Shown: positions 9,464 to 20,051, counted from the first letter of the stretch. The stretch is DNA of 56,909 nt from Candidatus Thorarchaeota archaeon (GCA_048884965.1 JBHLQH010000022.1:1-56909), one strand, 5' to 3'. Made by a program: numbers and translations. Notes: generated by a model not told the origin, from the sequence alone.

Positions 9464-9910
9464 CTAGGTCTTTGCGATTATTGGCTGCTGCTCGGAAATG
9501 GTCCTTGCTACAATGGCCATCATTGCTCCTATCCATCCTAGTGATTGAGTCATCTGTATCATAAGAGGCATTGCCAGTATACCTGCCCAAGCTAGCTGAA
9601 CTAGACTCATGATTAGACTTAGTGCGCCCATGCCCATGGACACCATCACTATAATGCGACCTGCTTCTATATGACGAGAGGTGAGAATGAAACCTCCAAT
9701 GATTACACCCATACCACCGATTGCAGTGAGCCCGGCAAGAATTCCTAATATTAGCTCGAACGTGAACGAAAATGACTCGCCGAAGAATGAATGAAGTCCT
9801 TCCTGAAGTGCAGGAAGATAACCAAGGGTTCCACTAGCACCAGATACAATCATTGCGGTCCCACCAATAATGCATAACATCAATGAGGTCCTATTATGTG
9901 CTGATAGCAA
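9464..9910 (-). CDS. Hypothetical Gly-rich 4-TM membrane protein
   Basis: Hydrophobic helices from LMLCIIGG onward. The track start (10042) overlaps the upstream permease, so TTG at 9910 or GTG at 9922 is more likely. Confidence 0.7.
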   Translation of the reverse strand: MLSAHNRTSLMLCIIGGTAMIVSGASGTLGYLPALQEGLHSFFGESFSFTFELILGILAGLTAIGGMGVIIGGFILTSRHIEAGRIIVMVSMGMGALSLIMSLVQLAWAGILAMPLMIQMTQSLGWIGAMMAIVARTISEQQPIIAKT

Positions 9911-10010
9911 TGTGAATACCACTTCATTCGATTTGTCTTTTAAGCATAGCTGATATAGTTCGACGTATGACGATATCCAGTATGTACTTCTTACTATTTG
10001 TGGTTCTCGG

Positions 10011-10964
10011 TTAGCCTCTCTTTTCCTTTTCGTATGGAACACCGATTGCCTTGGGTGGCACTGATTTACGTATCCCTGCTAGAGCGATGACCACCAGAAT
10101 ATATGGCAGCATTTGGATGAATGAGAGAAACTCTCTGACTGCATTTGTTCCAAGTGCGATCTGCAATCCATACTCTAGGCCTGCTAGGAAACCAAAGAAC
10201 AATCCTGCCACAAAGCAACCAATGGGTGTCCAATTTCCAAAGATGAGCGCCGCAAGTCCTATGAATCCGCGGCCTGATGTCATGTTCTTTGAAAAAGCAT
10301 TCTCATAGCCGATGGATAGGTATGCACCACCCAATCCAGCAAGTATGCCACTCATGATGACGCCAATGATCCTATAAATCTCGACATTGACACCTGCAGT
10401 ATCTAAGGTGCTTGGATCTTCGCCAGACGCTCTCAGTCGTAGACCAAATGGAGTCTTGTACATAACATACCAGCAGAGAATCGTGATTACAAACATCATA
10501 TAGATCACAGGGGAGAGAGAACTGAATGCAGTGCCAATAACTGGTATTCCTTCCAATCCAGGAATCTGAATGGTCTCAAGTCCCTGAACCTCATCTGAAC
10601 GTCCTCTGATGCCCCAAACAACTTGGAGTCCAAGAGTTGTTATGCCCATTCCCAGTAGGATTATTCCTGTGCCGCTGACAATGTGGTTTCCCTTGAACTT
10701 CACACATACTATTGCATGAACAAGAGCAAGCAATCCTCCACTTGCAGCTCCGATTAGCAATCCCAGCCATGGGTTGTCAGTAAAAGCTGTCACCACGACA
10801 GCACTAAATGCTCCTGTTAACATCATACCTTCTAGTCCGATATTCACGATACCAGACCTTTCTGAGAACATGCCGCCCAACGCTGCCAAGATTATGGGTG
10901 TACCCATTTGAAGAGTAACCTTCAGAAGATATCCTACCAGCAAAGCTGGATCTATCTGCAACAT
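10011..10964 (-). CDS. Nucleoside/sugar ABC transporter permease II (NupC/YufQ-like, BPD_transp_2)
   Basis: LAALGGMFSERSGIVNIGLEGMML, KTPFGLRLRASGE and GRGFIGLAALIFGNW motifs. Confidence 0.9.
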   Translation of the reverse strand: MLQIDPALLVGYLLKVTLQMGTPIILAALGGMFSERSGIVNIGLEGMMLTGAFSAVVVTAFTDNPWLGLLIGAASGGLLALVHAIVCVKFKGNHIVSGTGIILLGMGITTLGLQVVWGIRGRSDEVQGLETIQIPGLEGIPVIGTAFSSLSPVIYMMFVITILCWYVMYKTPFGLRLRASGEDPSTLDTAGVNVEIYRIIGVIMSGILAGLGGAYLSIGYENAFSKNMTSGRGFIGLAALIFGNWTPIGCFVAGLFFGFLAGLEYGLQIALGTNAVREFLSFIQMLPYILVVIALAGIRKSVPPKAIGVPYEKEKRG

Positions 10965-12479
10965 CTAGTTTGCACCTCCGTCCATGATTTTGCGATCTCT
11001 TAGTATTAGATATGAAACTAAAGCAAAAACGATCTGAACAGCTCCAATCGGTAAAGCCAGTAGTATCAGTCCCTGGCTCAAGACAATAACACCTAGAACT
11101 CCAAGTGCGATCCAGATGATAGAGGTCACGATAGCAAGTATCAGACCATTAGAACTTCGAGTGAACATCAGGATGAATGCTATAAATCCAAGAACCCCAC
11201 AAATAAACAATAACCCTCCTGCAACCGTCCACTGAATTGCCACCAGAGAGAAGTATCGACCAATACTAGCAAAGGCAATCACTGATGTAACTAATGTTGT
11301 TCCTAGAGTTAGGAAATGCGGTGTTCCTTCTTTTGGCAGTTCCTTTATCCATCTTGCTTCATCATAGCCTCTGTCAATAAGCCAATCAATTATCCTAGGA
11401 GCCGCAACGAAGATGACGATGAGACCTTGCATGAGGCTAATCACTTCAAGAGGAACATTGGCAATGGTCTGCATCTGATTTCCACCTGCTCGAAGAGCCC
11501 CAAAGAAGATCGCACCTGCAAGAACACCAAATGGATTATTCCCACCTAAGACTGCCACAGTGATTCCATCCCATCCGAGGCCTGAAGAAAAGCCATCTAC
11601 AAATCTCTGATGATAACCAAGGATCTCTCCCGCACCACCAAGTCCCGCCAATGCTCCTGCTATTCCTAAGGCCAGCGCGATGTTTCTCTTTGCGTTGATG
11701 CCTGAAGCTTCAGCAGCTTCTCTATTGATACCAACAGCTCGTAGTTCATAGCCAAGCACAGTTCTATTGATCAGAAAGTCCACGGCAAATACAGCGACCA
11801 CTGCTACAATAAAGGCCCAGCTCAGAAATGATCCGAAGATTTTTGGTAGTTCTGCAGTTACAAGAATATCTGGTGTTTCCAAGACATATTCATTTCCAGG
11901 TTCAAGGAAAGGTCCTGATACAAGCCAATGAGTTAGAATGATTGCCGTATAGCTTAGCATCATTGTGGTCACAACCTCGTGTGCCCCTCTATATGCCTTC
12001 AACAGCCCCGGAATGAATCCCCATAATCCTCCTGTCAGAGCAGCAAAGGCAAGAGCGACAAGAGGATGGATGACCACCGGTAGTGAAATTGAGAAACCTA
12101 CGATTGCGGCAGAGATTGCTCCAATGAAGAGCTGGCCTTCGGGACCAATATTGAATAGACCACATTTGAAAGCTAGAGCTACCGATAGACCGGTGAAGAT
12201 TAGTGGCGTCGCATAGAAGAGAACTCGATCGAATCTGACGACCGCTCCTTGTATCAAAGCAATCCATGCAAGTCCAGCATTGTAGCCAACAATGATCATA
12301 ACAAGGGTTCCAACAAGCATTGCCAGAATAATTGACCCCATTGTGACGACAATAGTTTTCTGAAATGCAGGGCTTGATATTTTCTTGATCAATCCCCCGA
12401 AGAAGCTCCCAATTATATTCGGTTTCTCCTCAATTGGAAAATCTTGTTGTGTTTCGGTTGTGTAACTCTCGTCACTCAT
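10965..12479 (-). CDS. Nucleoside/sugar ABC transporter permease I (NupB/YufP-like) with a C-terminal multi-TM extension
   Basis: ATPLIFTGLSVALAFKCGLFNIGPEGQ, GAHEVVTTMML, RTVLGYELRAVG and GWDGITVAVLG motifs. Confidence 0.9.
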   Translation of the reverse strand: MSDESYTTETQQDFPIEEKPNIIGSFFGGLIKKISSPAFQKTIVVTMGSIILAMLVGTLVMIIVGYNAGLAWIALIQGAVVRFDRVLFYATPLIFTGLSVALAFKCGLFNIGPEGQLFIGAISAAIVGFSISLPVVIHPLVALAFAALTGGLWGFIPGLLKAYRGAHEVVTTMMLSYTAIILTHWLVSGPFLEPGNEYVLETPDILVTAELPKIFGSFLSWAFIVAVVAVFAVDFLINRTVLGYELRAVGINREAAEASGINAKRNIALALGIAGALAGLGGAGEILGYHQRFVDGFSSGLGWDGITVAVLGGNNPFGVLAGAIFFGALRAGGNQMQTIANVPLEVISLMQGLIVIFVAAPRIIDWLIDRGYDEARWIKELPKEGTPHFLTLGTTLVTSVIAFASIGRYFSLVAIQWTVAGGLLFICGVLGFIAFILMFTRSSNGLILAIVTSIIWIALGVLGVIVLSQGLILLALPIGAVQIVFALVSYLILRDRKIMDGGAN

Positions 12480-14164
12480 TGTTGTGAAACCTCCTCTAGG
12501 TCATCCTTTTTGTGTCCCGCTATTAGAAGGCCCAATTCTTGATTATCTGTTTCATCAGGAGATCGGAAAGCAACAATCTCACCATCATAAATCACAGCTA
12601 TTCGATCAGCTATATTCCTAATTTCATCCAGTTCAGCTGAGATAAGAAGAACGGCCGTATTGCTATCACGCATGCTGATGAGGATCTTGTGAATAAACTC
12701 AGTAGCACCCACATCCAATCCTCTTGTTGGTTGAGCAGCGAGGATTAGCTTTGGTGAGGATGCGAGTTCCCTAGCAACCACCACTTTTTGCTGATTTCCT
12801 CCAGAGAGAGTATTCGCCTCTGCTTCTATATCCGAGAGCTTTATCGAATACATGTCTACAAGACGTTCTGAGTTCTCTTCCATCGATTCCAAGTTGAGAA
12901 GAGAATGCCTTGGACCCGTTGCGAAGGGTTCAACATAGTGTTTTCCTAATGCAAGATTCTCTTTCACTGAGAATCCAAGAACAAGACCTCTTGCATGTCT
13001 ATCCTCAGGAATGTGACTTACACCTGCTTCTCGTACATGCCTAACGCTTTTACCAGTAATGTCTACACCATCTAATAATACATGACCACTTTCAGGTTTT
13101 CTTAGACCTGCCAGAGCTTCTACTAGCTCTGTTTGACCATTACCCTCAACTCCAGCAATACCAAGAATCTCACCTGCTCGTACTTCAAGATTGATTCCTC
13201 TCACCGCTGCCAAACCACGATTATCATTCACATGAAGATTTGAAACCTTGAGAATTACATCGCCTGGTGTTGCTGGCATCTTCTCGGTCGTAAACACTAC
13301 AGGTCGTCCTACCATCATCTGTGCTAGTTCTTGCGGTGATGTATTCTCTTTCTTTACTGTTCCCACAAGTTCTCCATCACGAAGGACAGTAATCCTGTCA
13401 CACAAGGCCATAGTCTCTCGAAGCTTGTGTGTAATGAGGATAATAGTCCGTCCCGCCTTCTTGAACTTATCAAGAGTAACAAAGAGCTCATCTACCTCTT
13501 GGGGAGTGAGGACTGATGTTGGCTCGTCTAAAATGAGGATGTCAGCTTCCCTGTATAGTGTTTTGATGATCTCTACTCGTTGCTGAAGACCAACTGAGAT
13601 ATCCTGTACCTTTGCAAAGGGGTCAACGTACAAGCCATTCTCTTCAGCAATCTGTGCAATCCTTGCACCAGCTCCTGAAATGTCAGTAGGCATTAGTTGC
13701 TTGAACGCGTTCAGGATAGCAGAAGTCCCTCTTTTTAGCTTACCAAGAATGTTATCTTCTGTTTCTGATGTTTGAATCTTCGCAGTAGATCTGAGTTTGA
13801 TTGGTTCCAATCCTAGAATGACATTCTCAGTTACAGTTAGAGTGGGTATCAACTTGAAATGCTGGTGTACCATCCCTATACCTCTAGCAATTGCATCATG
13901 AGGTGATTTCAATGATACTTCTTCACCTCGGATTCTGATGGTACCTTCATCTTGAGTAAGCAGTCCATATAGGATATTCATGAGTGTGCTTTTTCCAGCT
14001 CCATTCTCACCTAGGAGGCCGTGAACTTCGCCTTCTTCAATTCGAAGTGTGATATCCTTGTTTGCCTGTACATTTCCTGCGAAGGTCTTGGAGATGTTTT
14101 CTAGCTCAACAGCGTAGATGGTGGGATCCTCCTTCTCATGTTCGCGATGATCGATGACAATCAT
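12476..14164 (-). CDS. Nucleoside/sugar ABC transporter ATP-binding protein (NupA/YufO-like, duplicated NBD)
   Basis: Walker A GENGAGKS, ILILDEPT, second NBD with LSGGNQQK and QPTRGLDVGA. Start uncertain (14164 or 14182). Confidence 0.92.
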   Translation of the reverse strand: MIVIDHREHEKEDPTIYAVELENISKTFAGNVQANKDITLRIEEGEVHGLLGENGAGKSTLMNILYGLLTQDEGTIRIRGEEVSLKSPHDAIARGIGMVHQHFKLIPTLTVTENVILGLEPIKLRSTAKIQTSETEDNILGKLKRGTSAILNAFKQLMPTDISGAGARIAQIAEENGLYVDPFAKVQDISVGLQQRVEIIKTLYREADILILDEPTSVLTPQEVDELFVTLDKFKKAGRTIILITHKLRETMALCDRITVLRDGELVGTVKKENTSPQELAQMMVGRPVVFTTEKMPATPGDVILKVSNLHVNDNRGLAAVRGINLEVRAGEILGIAGVEGNGQTELVEALAGLRKPESGHVLLDGVDITGKSVRHVREAGVSHIPEDRHARGLVLGFSVKENLALGKHYVEPFATGPRHSLLNLESMEENSERLVDMYSIKLSDIEAEANTLSGGNQQKVVVARELASSPKLILAAQPTRGLDVGATEFIHKILISMRDSNTAVLLISAELDEIRNIADRIAVIYDGEIVAFRSPDETDNQELGLLIAGHKKDDLEEVSQQ

Positions 14165-14214
14165 CTTGAAATTAAAAATCAAAGAATACCTCGTTGTATT
14201 TAACAGTACGGTTT

Positions 14215-14248
14215 CAAAAAGAATTAGAGAGAGGCCATGCGGCCCCTC
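14215..14248 (-). terminator. Hairpin plus U tract between the substrate-binding gene and the ATPase gene
   Basis: Minus strand GAGGGGCC-GCAT-GGCCTCTC (14248-14229; 8-bp stem with one G-U) followed by TCTAATTCTTTTTG. Confidence 0.65.
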
Positions 14249-14259
14249 GAGAAAAGATT

Positions 14260-15336
14260 CTATGGATTAAGGGCGTCATCAAGTGCGTCGAGATCAGCAG
14301 GTACTGTGTAGGTACCAGCAATGATACCGGCCTTGAGTGCCTCAACAGCTGTGATGATTGAGGGATCAAGAACCAGAAGATCCTCATTGACCTCATATCC
14401 CAGACCGTTGTTCGCTAGGTTGAAGACATTGAATCCAGCAGTGAATGTTCCTAACATGACTTTCTGAATTGTGCTGTAGACGGCTATGTCTACTCTCTTC
14501 AGCATTGATGTTAGACCAACTGTTGGAGGTTCTGGGTCTTCAGTGTCATCACAACCAAGGTACATCTGTGGACTGTCAACACCAATGACCCACAATGGAT
14601 TTGGATATCCAGAGGTGTCGTTGTTGTTCTTTGCGCTGGTGAACACGCCTAGGCCTGAACGACCAGCAGCTGCGAATATGACATCTGTACCAGCAGTGTA
14701 CATTCCATCAGCAAGACTCTGACCTGCGGTTGTGTCAACCCAATCGTTTGTGTATGCAATGGTGTAGTTGACGCCATCATTAACATGATCAGCACCCCAG
14801 ACAAAGCCAGCAGCAAACTTGTTGATCAAGGGAATATCCATACCACCAACAAATCCAACTTTGTCAGAAACAGTAGTAAGACCAGCAATTGCTCCGACGA
14901 GAGCAGAACCCTCGTGTTCGTCAAAGATCAGACTTGCTACGTTTGGTTGGTCAACGACCATATCCACTATTGCATATTTTTGGTTCGGGAAGTCAGGCGC
15001 CGTTTCATTCAAGGCATCTGCTTGGTCGAATCCTATAGATATGATAATATCATATACTCCCGCCTCAGAGAAGTCTCTGAGGAAACCTTCATACTCACTG
15101 ATCTGGGTTGGTTCAGCATATGTGAAGTTCCATCCAAACTCAGTGCGTGCCATTACAGCACCATCGTATGCAGCATCGTTGAATGACTTGTCGCCAAGAC
15201 CACCAGTTGCAAAGACTATTGCTACTCGTGGGCCTGTTGGGAAGAGTAACGGTCCAAGAAGGACTATTCCTGCAACACCAGCGACGACAATGATAATGAC
15301 AACGATAACTGCTATCGTTTTTGTATTCGAACTCAT
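14260..15336 (-). CDS. BMP family ABC substrate-binding protein (PnrA/TmpC-like, purine nucleoside)
   Basis: GGLGDKSFNDAA, GSALVGAIAG...KVGFVGGM, DVIFAAAG.SGLGV, IGVDSPQ and TSMLKRVD motifs. N-terminal TM anchor with no lipobox. Confidence 0.92.
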   Translation of the reverse strand: MSSNTKTIAVIVVIIIVVAGVAGIVLLGPLLFPTGPRVAIVFATGGLGDKSFNDAAYDGAVMARTEFGWNFTYAEPTQISEYEGFLRDFSEAGVYDIIISIGFDQADALNETAPDFPNQKYAIVDMVVDQPNVASLIFDEHEGSALVGAIAGLTTVSDKVGFVGGMDIPLINKFAAGFVWGADHVNDGVNYTIAYTNDWVDTTAGQSLADGMYTAGTDVIFAAAGRSGLGVFTSAKNNNDTSGYPNPLWVIGVDSPQMYLGCDDTEDPEPPTVGLTSMLKRVDIAVYSTIQKVMLGTFTAGFNVFNLANNGLGYEVNEDLLVLDPSIITAVEALKAGIIAGTYTVPADLDALDDALNP

Positions 15337-15535
15337 TTTCTTGTGCTCCTCGCTTCAGTCGACTAAAAGCGTCAGATAGGAAATTGTGTATAAAATACGA
15401 CAATAACCTAGACCATAAGAAACAGAGCTATTCCTACTTAAAAGCTCTACTTCTTCAGAAGATTGTCTAAGAAATATCGAAGAATATCAAAAGACATCCG
15501 CAACACTCAAAGGTTGATTGATTGATGAAATCACC

Positions 15536-16276
15536 ATGAGTGTCTTTTTTGAGGAATTAGGAGACCTTGACTCCAAGACCCTTATTCTTATTCATGGAGC
15601 CGGTGGGTCATCTGCAACATGGTTTATGCAGCTACGGGGCCTCTCCGATGATTACCACGTTATTGCGATTGACTTGAATGGACATGGAAAGACTCTGGAT
15701 CGTAATGATGATGATATCTTTCATTCCTATCTGCTAGATGTTGATGAGGTCGTGTCTCAGTTCGATTCACCTATTTTGGGGGGACATTCAATGGGAGGAG
15801 CACTAACGCAACTCTACGCGCTGAAGCATCCAGAGAAGATTACCGGAATTCTCCTAGTTGGAACTGGAAGCAGACTCAGAGTCAATCCAATGATTTTTGA
15901 GATGCTCAAGAGCAATTTTGAGGGCTATGTTGAGGCAGCAGCAGCCTTCATGTTTGATGAATCCACATCTAAGGAAGTCATATTGGCATCACAGAATGAG
16001 ATACGAAAATGCAAACCCACGATAATCGAACGAGACTTTCATGCATGCAATCATTTTGATATCATGGCAGAAGTATCCTCTATCAAGATTCCCACTTTGA
16101 TTATAGTTGGCGAGAATGATCAGATGACACCAGTGAAGTATTCTCAATACATGAAAGATAGAATAGAAACTTCTGAAATGTATGTTATTCCTAATGCAGG
16201 CCATGCAGTGATGCTAGAACAGGTAGATTCATTCAATCACAGAGTGGCAGAATGGATCCAAAGATTGGTTCAATAG
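15536..16276 (+). CDS. Alpha/beta hydrolase
   Basis: LIHGAGG, DLNGHG, GHSMGG nucleophile elbow, GEND and AGH catalytic His. Confidence 0.9.
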   Translation: MSVFFEELGDLDSKTLILIHGAGGSSATWFMQLRGLSDDYHVIAIDLNGHGKTLDRNDDDIFHSYLLDVDEVVSQFDSPILGGHSMGGALTQLYALKHPEKITGILLVGTGSRLRVNPMIFEMLKSNFEGYVEAAAAFMFDESTSKEVILASQNEIRKCKPTIIERDFHACNHFDIMAEVSSIKIPTLIIVGENDQMTPVKYSQYMKDRIETSEMYVIPNAGHAVMLEQVDSFNHRVAEWIQRLVQ

Positions 16277-16316
16277 AAGAAAAAGAAGAAAGTGGAAGAG
16301 AATGTTATCTCTCCCA
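16277..16316 (-). terminator. Hairpin plus U-rich tract after the MFS gene
   Basis: Minus strand TGGGAGAGA-TAACAT-TCTCTTCCA (16316-16293) followed by CTTTCTTCTTTTTCTT. Confidence 0.6.
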
Positions 16317-16325
16317 TCATTATTA

Positions 16326-17666
16326 TCAATTCTCAGAATCTGAATCAGAAAGGTAGGCTTTGCTCATACCTTTCACAGGTTGTTTCACTCCTAGAAGTAT
16401 TATGAGTGCAATTATGAAGAAGGATAATACACTAAGTAACGCAAATCTATTTGCTAATGCATTATCAATTGCATAACTACTAGCAACAAGTAGAACGCCC
16501 CCATATACTGAAGGCCCGAAGATTGCTGCAAATCTCCCTGTGAAAGCATACAATCCAAACATCTCAGTCCTCTTCTCTTCTGGAATATACTGCCCATACA
16601 TGCTTCTTGCAGTACTCTGAGCTGACCCCATCCCTACTCCTGCAATCATACCAAGTATCCAGAATACAATTGGTTCAGAGCCTAATACGCCTAGGAGAAG
16701 AACGAATATCCAAAGAAACAACGTAATGATAAGCGTCTTCTTCGTACCGATGTAATCACCAATGTATCCGAAGATGAAAGCGCCGGGTATTGCAGATAGT
16801 TGAGTTACCAAGAAGAATATGAGAATATCAGTAGATGTGAAGGCATAAACTGCAGCGCCATAGATGGCTGCAAAAACAATTACTGTTGTGATTGCATCAC
16901 TAAATATGAAATATGAGGCGAGAAATCGAGGTAGCCCTTGATATTTCTTCATTTCCCTAAATGTCACTTTGAGACGATTGAAGCCAATTGATATCATGCT
17001 CATACCTTCTTCTTCAGGTCGAGCGAGTGCAGGTCGATTCTTCAACCCCCTAATTGCAGGTATAGCGAACACAAAGAAGAAGATTGCACCTAGAAGGTAT
17101 GGAATTGTGGACATATCACCAAAGTTGAGAACAGAAATCAATGCAATCAAGACGGTGAAGAATGCACCAACATATCCAGCAGCATATCCAAAGCCACCAA
17201 CTCTAGCTATTGTATCCTCAGTACTTATCTCTGGTAGCCAAGCATCGTAGAAGGGAAGTGCTCCTTCAAAACCGATATTCGCAATCACAAAGAAGACCCA
17301 TGCAATGATCCAGACTGGTATGCCAAAGATCATGGGAACCGAAACAGGAATGAAGAAGATCAACGAATTGAAGAACACACAGAGCGCAGTGAAGAATATC
17401 AGGAATTTCTTCTTTGCGCCAGAATAGTCAGCTATTGCCCCAAGCACTGGTGCGATCGCAGCGACGACAAGCATGGTTGCGGTGCCAGCGAAACCCCATA
17501 ACGCATCAGCAACATTTGCATCTCCAAAGTATGCAGTTGCAATTGCTTTGAAGAATAGGGGATACAATGCTGTAACCATAAGTACAGTGAAGCTGGTGTT
17601 TGCGAAATCGTACAAGTACCATGAAAGGCGTTCTTTTCGATCACTAGGCATTGTCGTAGATTCCAT
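16326..17666 (-). CDS. MFS transporter, UMF1/ATG22-like family
   Basis: SWYLYDFANTSF, APVLGAIADYSG.KK, GFGYAAGYVG and QSTARSMY...P.....EMFGLY motifs; about 12 TM. Confidence 0.88.
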   Translation of the reverse strand: MESTTMPSDRKERLSWYLYDFANTSFTVLMVTALYPLFFKAIATAYFGDANVADALWGFAGTATMLVVAAIAPVLGAIADYSGAKKKFLIFFTALCVFFNSLIFFIPVSVPMIFGIPVWIIAWVFFVIANIGFEGALPFYDAWLPEISTEDTIARVGGFGYAAGYVGAFFTVLIALISVLNFGDMSTIPYLLGAIFFFVFAIPAIRGLKNRPALARPEEEGMSMISIGFNRLKVTFREMKKYQGLPRFLASYFIFSDAITTVIVFAAIYGAAVYAFTSTDILIFFLVTQLSAIPGAFIFGYIGDYIGTKKTLIITLFLWIFVLLLGVLGSEPIVFWILGMIAGVGMGSAQSTARSMYGQYIPEEKRTEMFGLYAFTGRFAAIFGPSVYGGVLLVASSYAIDNALANRFALLSVLSFFIIALIILLGVKQPVKGMSKAYLSDSDSEN

Positions 17667-17808
17667 TTTAATCTCCTCGAATATGTTTCATACAAAACAC
17701 AAGACTCCCTAATATCCTGTAGGGTTTGCCTATCTGGCTCGATTTTTTGCGTTGAGTCAGTAGCTTATATTCCAAACCGAAGAGCTTCTGACATATGGAG
17801 TGTTGAAT

Positions 17809-18684
17809 ATGTCCATCTATGGTGACATAAAAAGCAGCTTTAATCAAATGAAACCTTTCTTTCCTAGCTTCCTGCTTTCAATGATTGGAATGATATTTGT
17901 GATGGTTCTGATAGTTGTAGTTGCAACATTACCAATAGGAGTGCTTCTATGGATTATTGGGGGCAACTACTCAAGTACGGATTTCATCACTGTCTGGATG
18001 AATGATGTGTTGTTCTCATGGTTGCCAACAGTATATTCACTTAATACAATCACAGCTTTGGCTCTTATGGGAATACCCCTTCTAGTACTAGTAGAGATGA
18101 TACTTTACACGGTATACGGAATTAGTAACGATATAATTTCAACAGGAAACACTAAGGCAGAGAATGCCTTTTCATGGTTCAAAAGAAAAATGGTCTCATT
18201 TCTTGTAAGTGGAGTTATCGTCGCAATTTTCGCATTTGGTCCACCTGCTCTACTTGGATATCTCTTTGACTGGTTATATGCAGGGATAGTTCCAATGGAA
18301 TCAACTATTTTCATGATAGTATTCTTCGTTGTGTATGTGTACATCATTCTTGGTCTAACAAGGATGATAATACCAGCAGTTGTGGACGGAAATGGAATAG
18401 TCGAGAGCATCAAGAACTCGTTCTCGTTAGTGAAGAGCAATTTTACAAGAGTATTTGGCTCTTGGACAATATACTTCATTCTATTAGTTATCTGGTTTTT
18501 GCCATTAGGAGTATGGGCAGGATTACAATTGGTACCGGAACTATGGCCAGGTCCTAACTCTTTCGAATTCTGGATATCACTACTAATTGGAGGAATGGGT
18601 CTCCTTTTTGATATGCTATTGGTTCTTCCAGTTATGATTCTTGGAACGACTAGGATATACTCTGAAATCAAAACTGAAAGCTAG
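17809..18684 (+). CDS. Hypothetical integral membrane protein (DUF7847/glycerophosphodiester-anchor-like, about 6 TM)
   Basis: PAVVDGNGIVESIKNSFSLVKSNFTRVFG motif; multiple TMs. Confidence 0.65.
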   Translation: MSIYGDIKSSFNQMKPFFPSFLLSMIGMIFVMVLIVVVATLPIGVLLWIIGGNYSSTDFITVWMNDVLFSWLPTVYSLNTITALALMGIPLLVLVEMILYTVYGISNDIISTGNTKAENAFSWFKRKMVSFLVSGVIVAIFAFGPPALLGYLFDWLYAGIVPMESTIFMIVFFVVYVYIILGLTRMIIPAVVDGNGIVESIKNSFSLVKSNFTRVFGSWTIYFILLVIWFLPLGVWAGLQLVPELWPGPNSFEFWISLLIGGMGLLFDMLLVLPVMILGTTRIYSEIKTES

Positions 18685-18773
18685 AACGGCAAGGTTTATG
18701 GATTCTCGTCAAACCAGATGAGAATCTTCTTGCTTTGACTCAATCTCTTATATTCGTTCAAGGAGGGAACTGC

Positions 18774-19223
18774 ATGATTACTATGAAAAAGGAATATCCT
18801 GAAACTAAATCCTTTGACGATATCTGGCCAATCTATCAGAAGGGTGGATTACTACATCTATCTACACTGGATGGAAATCAACCGAGGGTTAGAATCATGT
18901 CTTTTACGCCCCTCGATAAGAAAATCTGGGTTGTGACAAGATCTGGAGATGATAAGATTCAGCAGTTAAGAAAAAATCCCAATATAGAATTCACTTATTC
19001 ATATCAAGGCGAACAGAATATCGGATGTTTGAGAGCTTCAGGAACCGCTATCATTGTGGATGATCCGGCAATACGTGCAAGAGTTACAAAAGCAATTCCT
19101 TGGTTCAATGGATACTGGGAATCGTCAGAGGATCCCAATTTCACACTCATACGTCTAGATATCTCAAAGATTCTTTTCGATCCGGCTAACGAACGAACTA
19201 AATATACTGTCATAGTGAAGTAA
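18774..19223 (+). CDS. Pyridoxamine 5'-phosphate oxidase-like FMN-binding protein
   Basis: LSTLDGNQPRVRIM, K..QLRKNPNIE, LRASGTAIIVDD and EDPNFTLIRL motifs. SD-like AGGAGG at 18761. Confidence 0.82.
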   Translation: MITMKKEYPETKSFDDIWPIYQKGGLLHLSTLDGNQPRVRIMSFTPLDKKIWVVTRSGDDKIQQLRKNPNIEFTYSYQGEQNIGCLRASGTAIIVDDPAIRARVTKAIPWFNGYWESSEDPNFTLIRLDISKILFDPANERTKYTVIVK

Positions 19224-19262
19224 ATTGAAGCTTTTAATACTGGATTGCCATAGGTCAAAGAT

Positions 19263-19997
19263 ATGCAGATTCTAGTCGAGAGATTCTTTCATATTGATTT
19301 CATCTTGATGGACCTTATCTTTTGCCTGATTTGGATACTTCTGATACTAAAAGCAGGCTATCGTTTAGAATTTGGACTAGGATTGCTTGGAATAATAGTG
19401 AATTTTATTGTTGACTTCGGAATCTGGTTCAATGTCCAAGGAATAAGGACTTTAGAAGGTCCTCTTGATCCCCTTCTGTTCTTCATCTACTTCTCTACAA
19501 CATACGGAATGATCGAGTATTCATATGTGGCACTAATGTTTCGGTTGAATGAAAATAGGGACAGGGTTCTCTATACATCAATCCTCTATGCAGGATGGTT
19601 TATCTCCGGATTGCTTTCTCAGATTATTCCTCTGAACGATACAATTATTCATGTTACTCGCGAGATGTCTGTATATCGTGTGCCGCAAGTCCTTATCGTA
19701 ATCATTGGATATCTAGGCTTGTATATCCTTCCCAAATACTGGAAAGAAATGGACAAAATACAGCTGAAATATCTTCTCTATTTATTCATTGTAGGAATTC
19801 TTGTTCATTTTGGTATGGAGTTTACATTGTGGCTTGCTGGTATTCGCCCATCACCAATTTCAGGTGTTCTTTCAGAGTTCCTTTTCAATAGCTTTCTAGA
19901 ATTCAACACGGGTGTTCCTATTCTATTCATTCTCTGGACCTATCTAAAGAATAGAATCTCAAGATGCGAGGGAATTGTAAAAGCTCACGCACCTTAA
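19263..19997 (+). CDS. Hypothetical integral membrane protein (about 7 TM)
   Basis: Predominantly hydrophobic ORF with gene-like spacing. Confidence 0.7.
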   Translation: MQILVERFFHIDFILMDLIFCLIWILLILKAGYRLEFGLGLLGIIVNFIVDFGIWFNVQGIRTLEGPLDPLLFFIYFSTTYGMIEYSYVALMFRLNENRDRVLYTSILYAGWFISGLLSQIIPLNDTIIHVTREMSVYRVPQVLIVIIGYLGLYILPKYWKEMDKIQLKYLLYLFIVGILVHFGMEFTLWLAGIRPSPISGVLSEFLFNSFLEFNTGVPILFILWTYLKNRISRCEGIVKAHAP

Positions 19998-20051
19998 CTC
20001 TCTTTAAGGAAGATGCTATTGGCCGCTCATATTGAAACTGCTTGAGGATTG

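Noticed and set aside
10011-12479. In-frame TAG-ATG junction between the two ABC permeases (10965/10964) suggesting amber read-through or pyrrolysine fusion; a similar junction at 35123/35124
   Set aside because: An equivalent in-frame junction uses TAA (3794/3793). Each gene is complete on its own and no Pyl machinery is visible. Tight operon packing explains it.
14486-15403. Long antisense or alternate-frame ORFs over the BMP gene (also 5839-7500, 18105-18671, 34682-35080, 41599-41952)
   Set aside because: These are shadow ORFs of well-supported genes, with no motifs and composition typical of antisense frames.
16326-17666. ATG22-like transporter as an autophagy-related eukaryotic signature
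   Set aside because: The UMF1/ATG22-like MFS family is widespread in prokaryotes.
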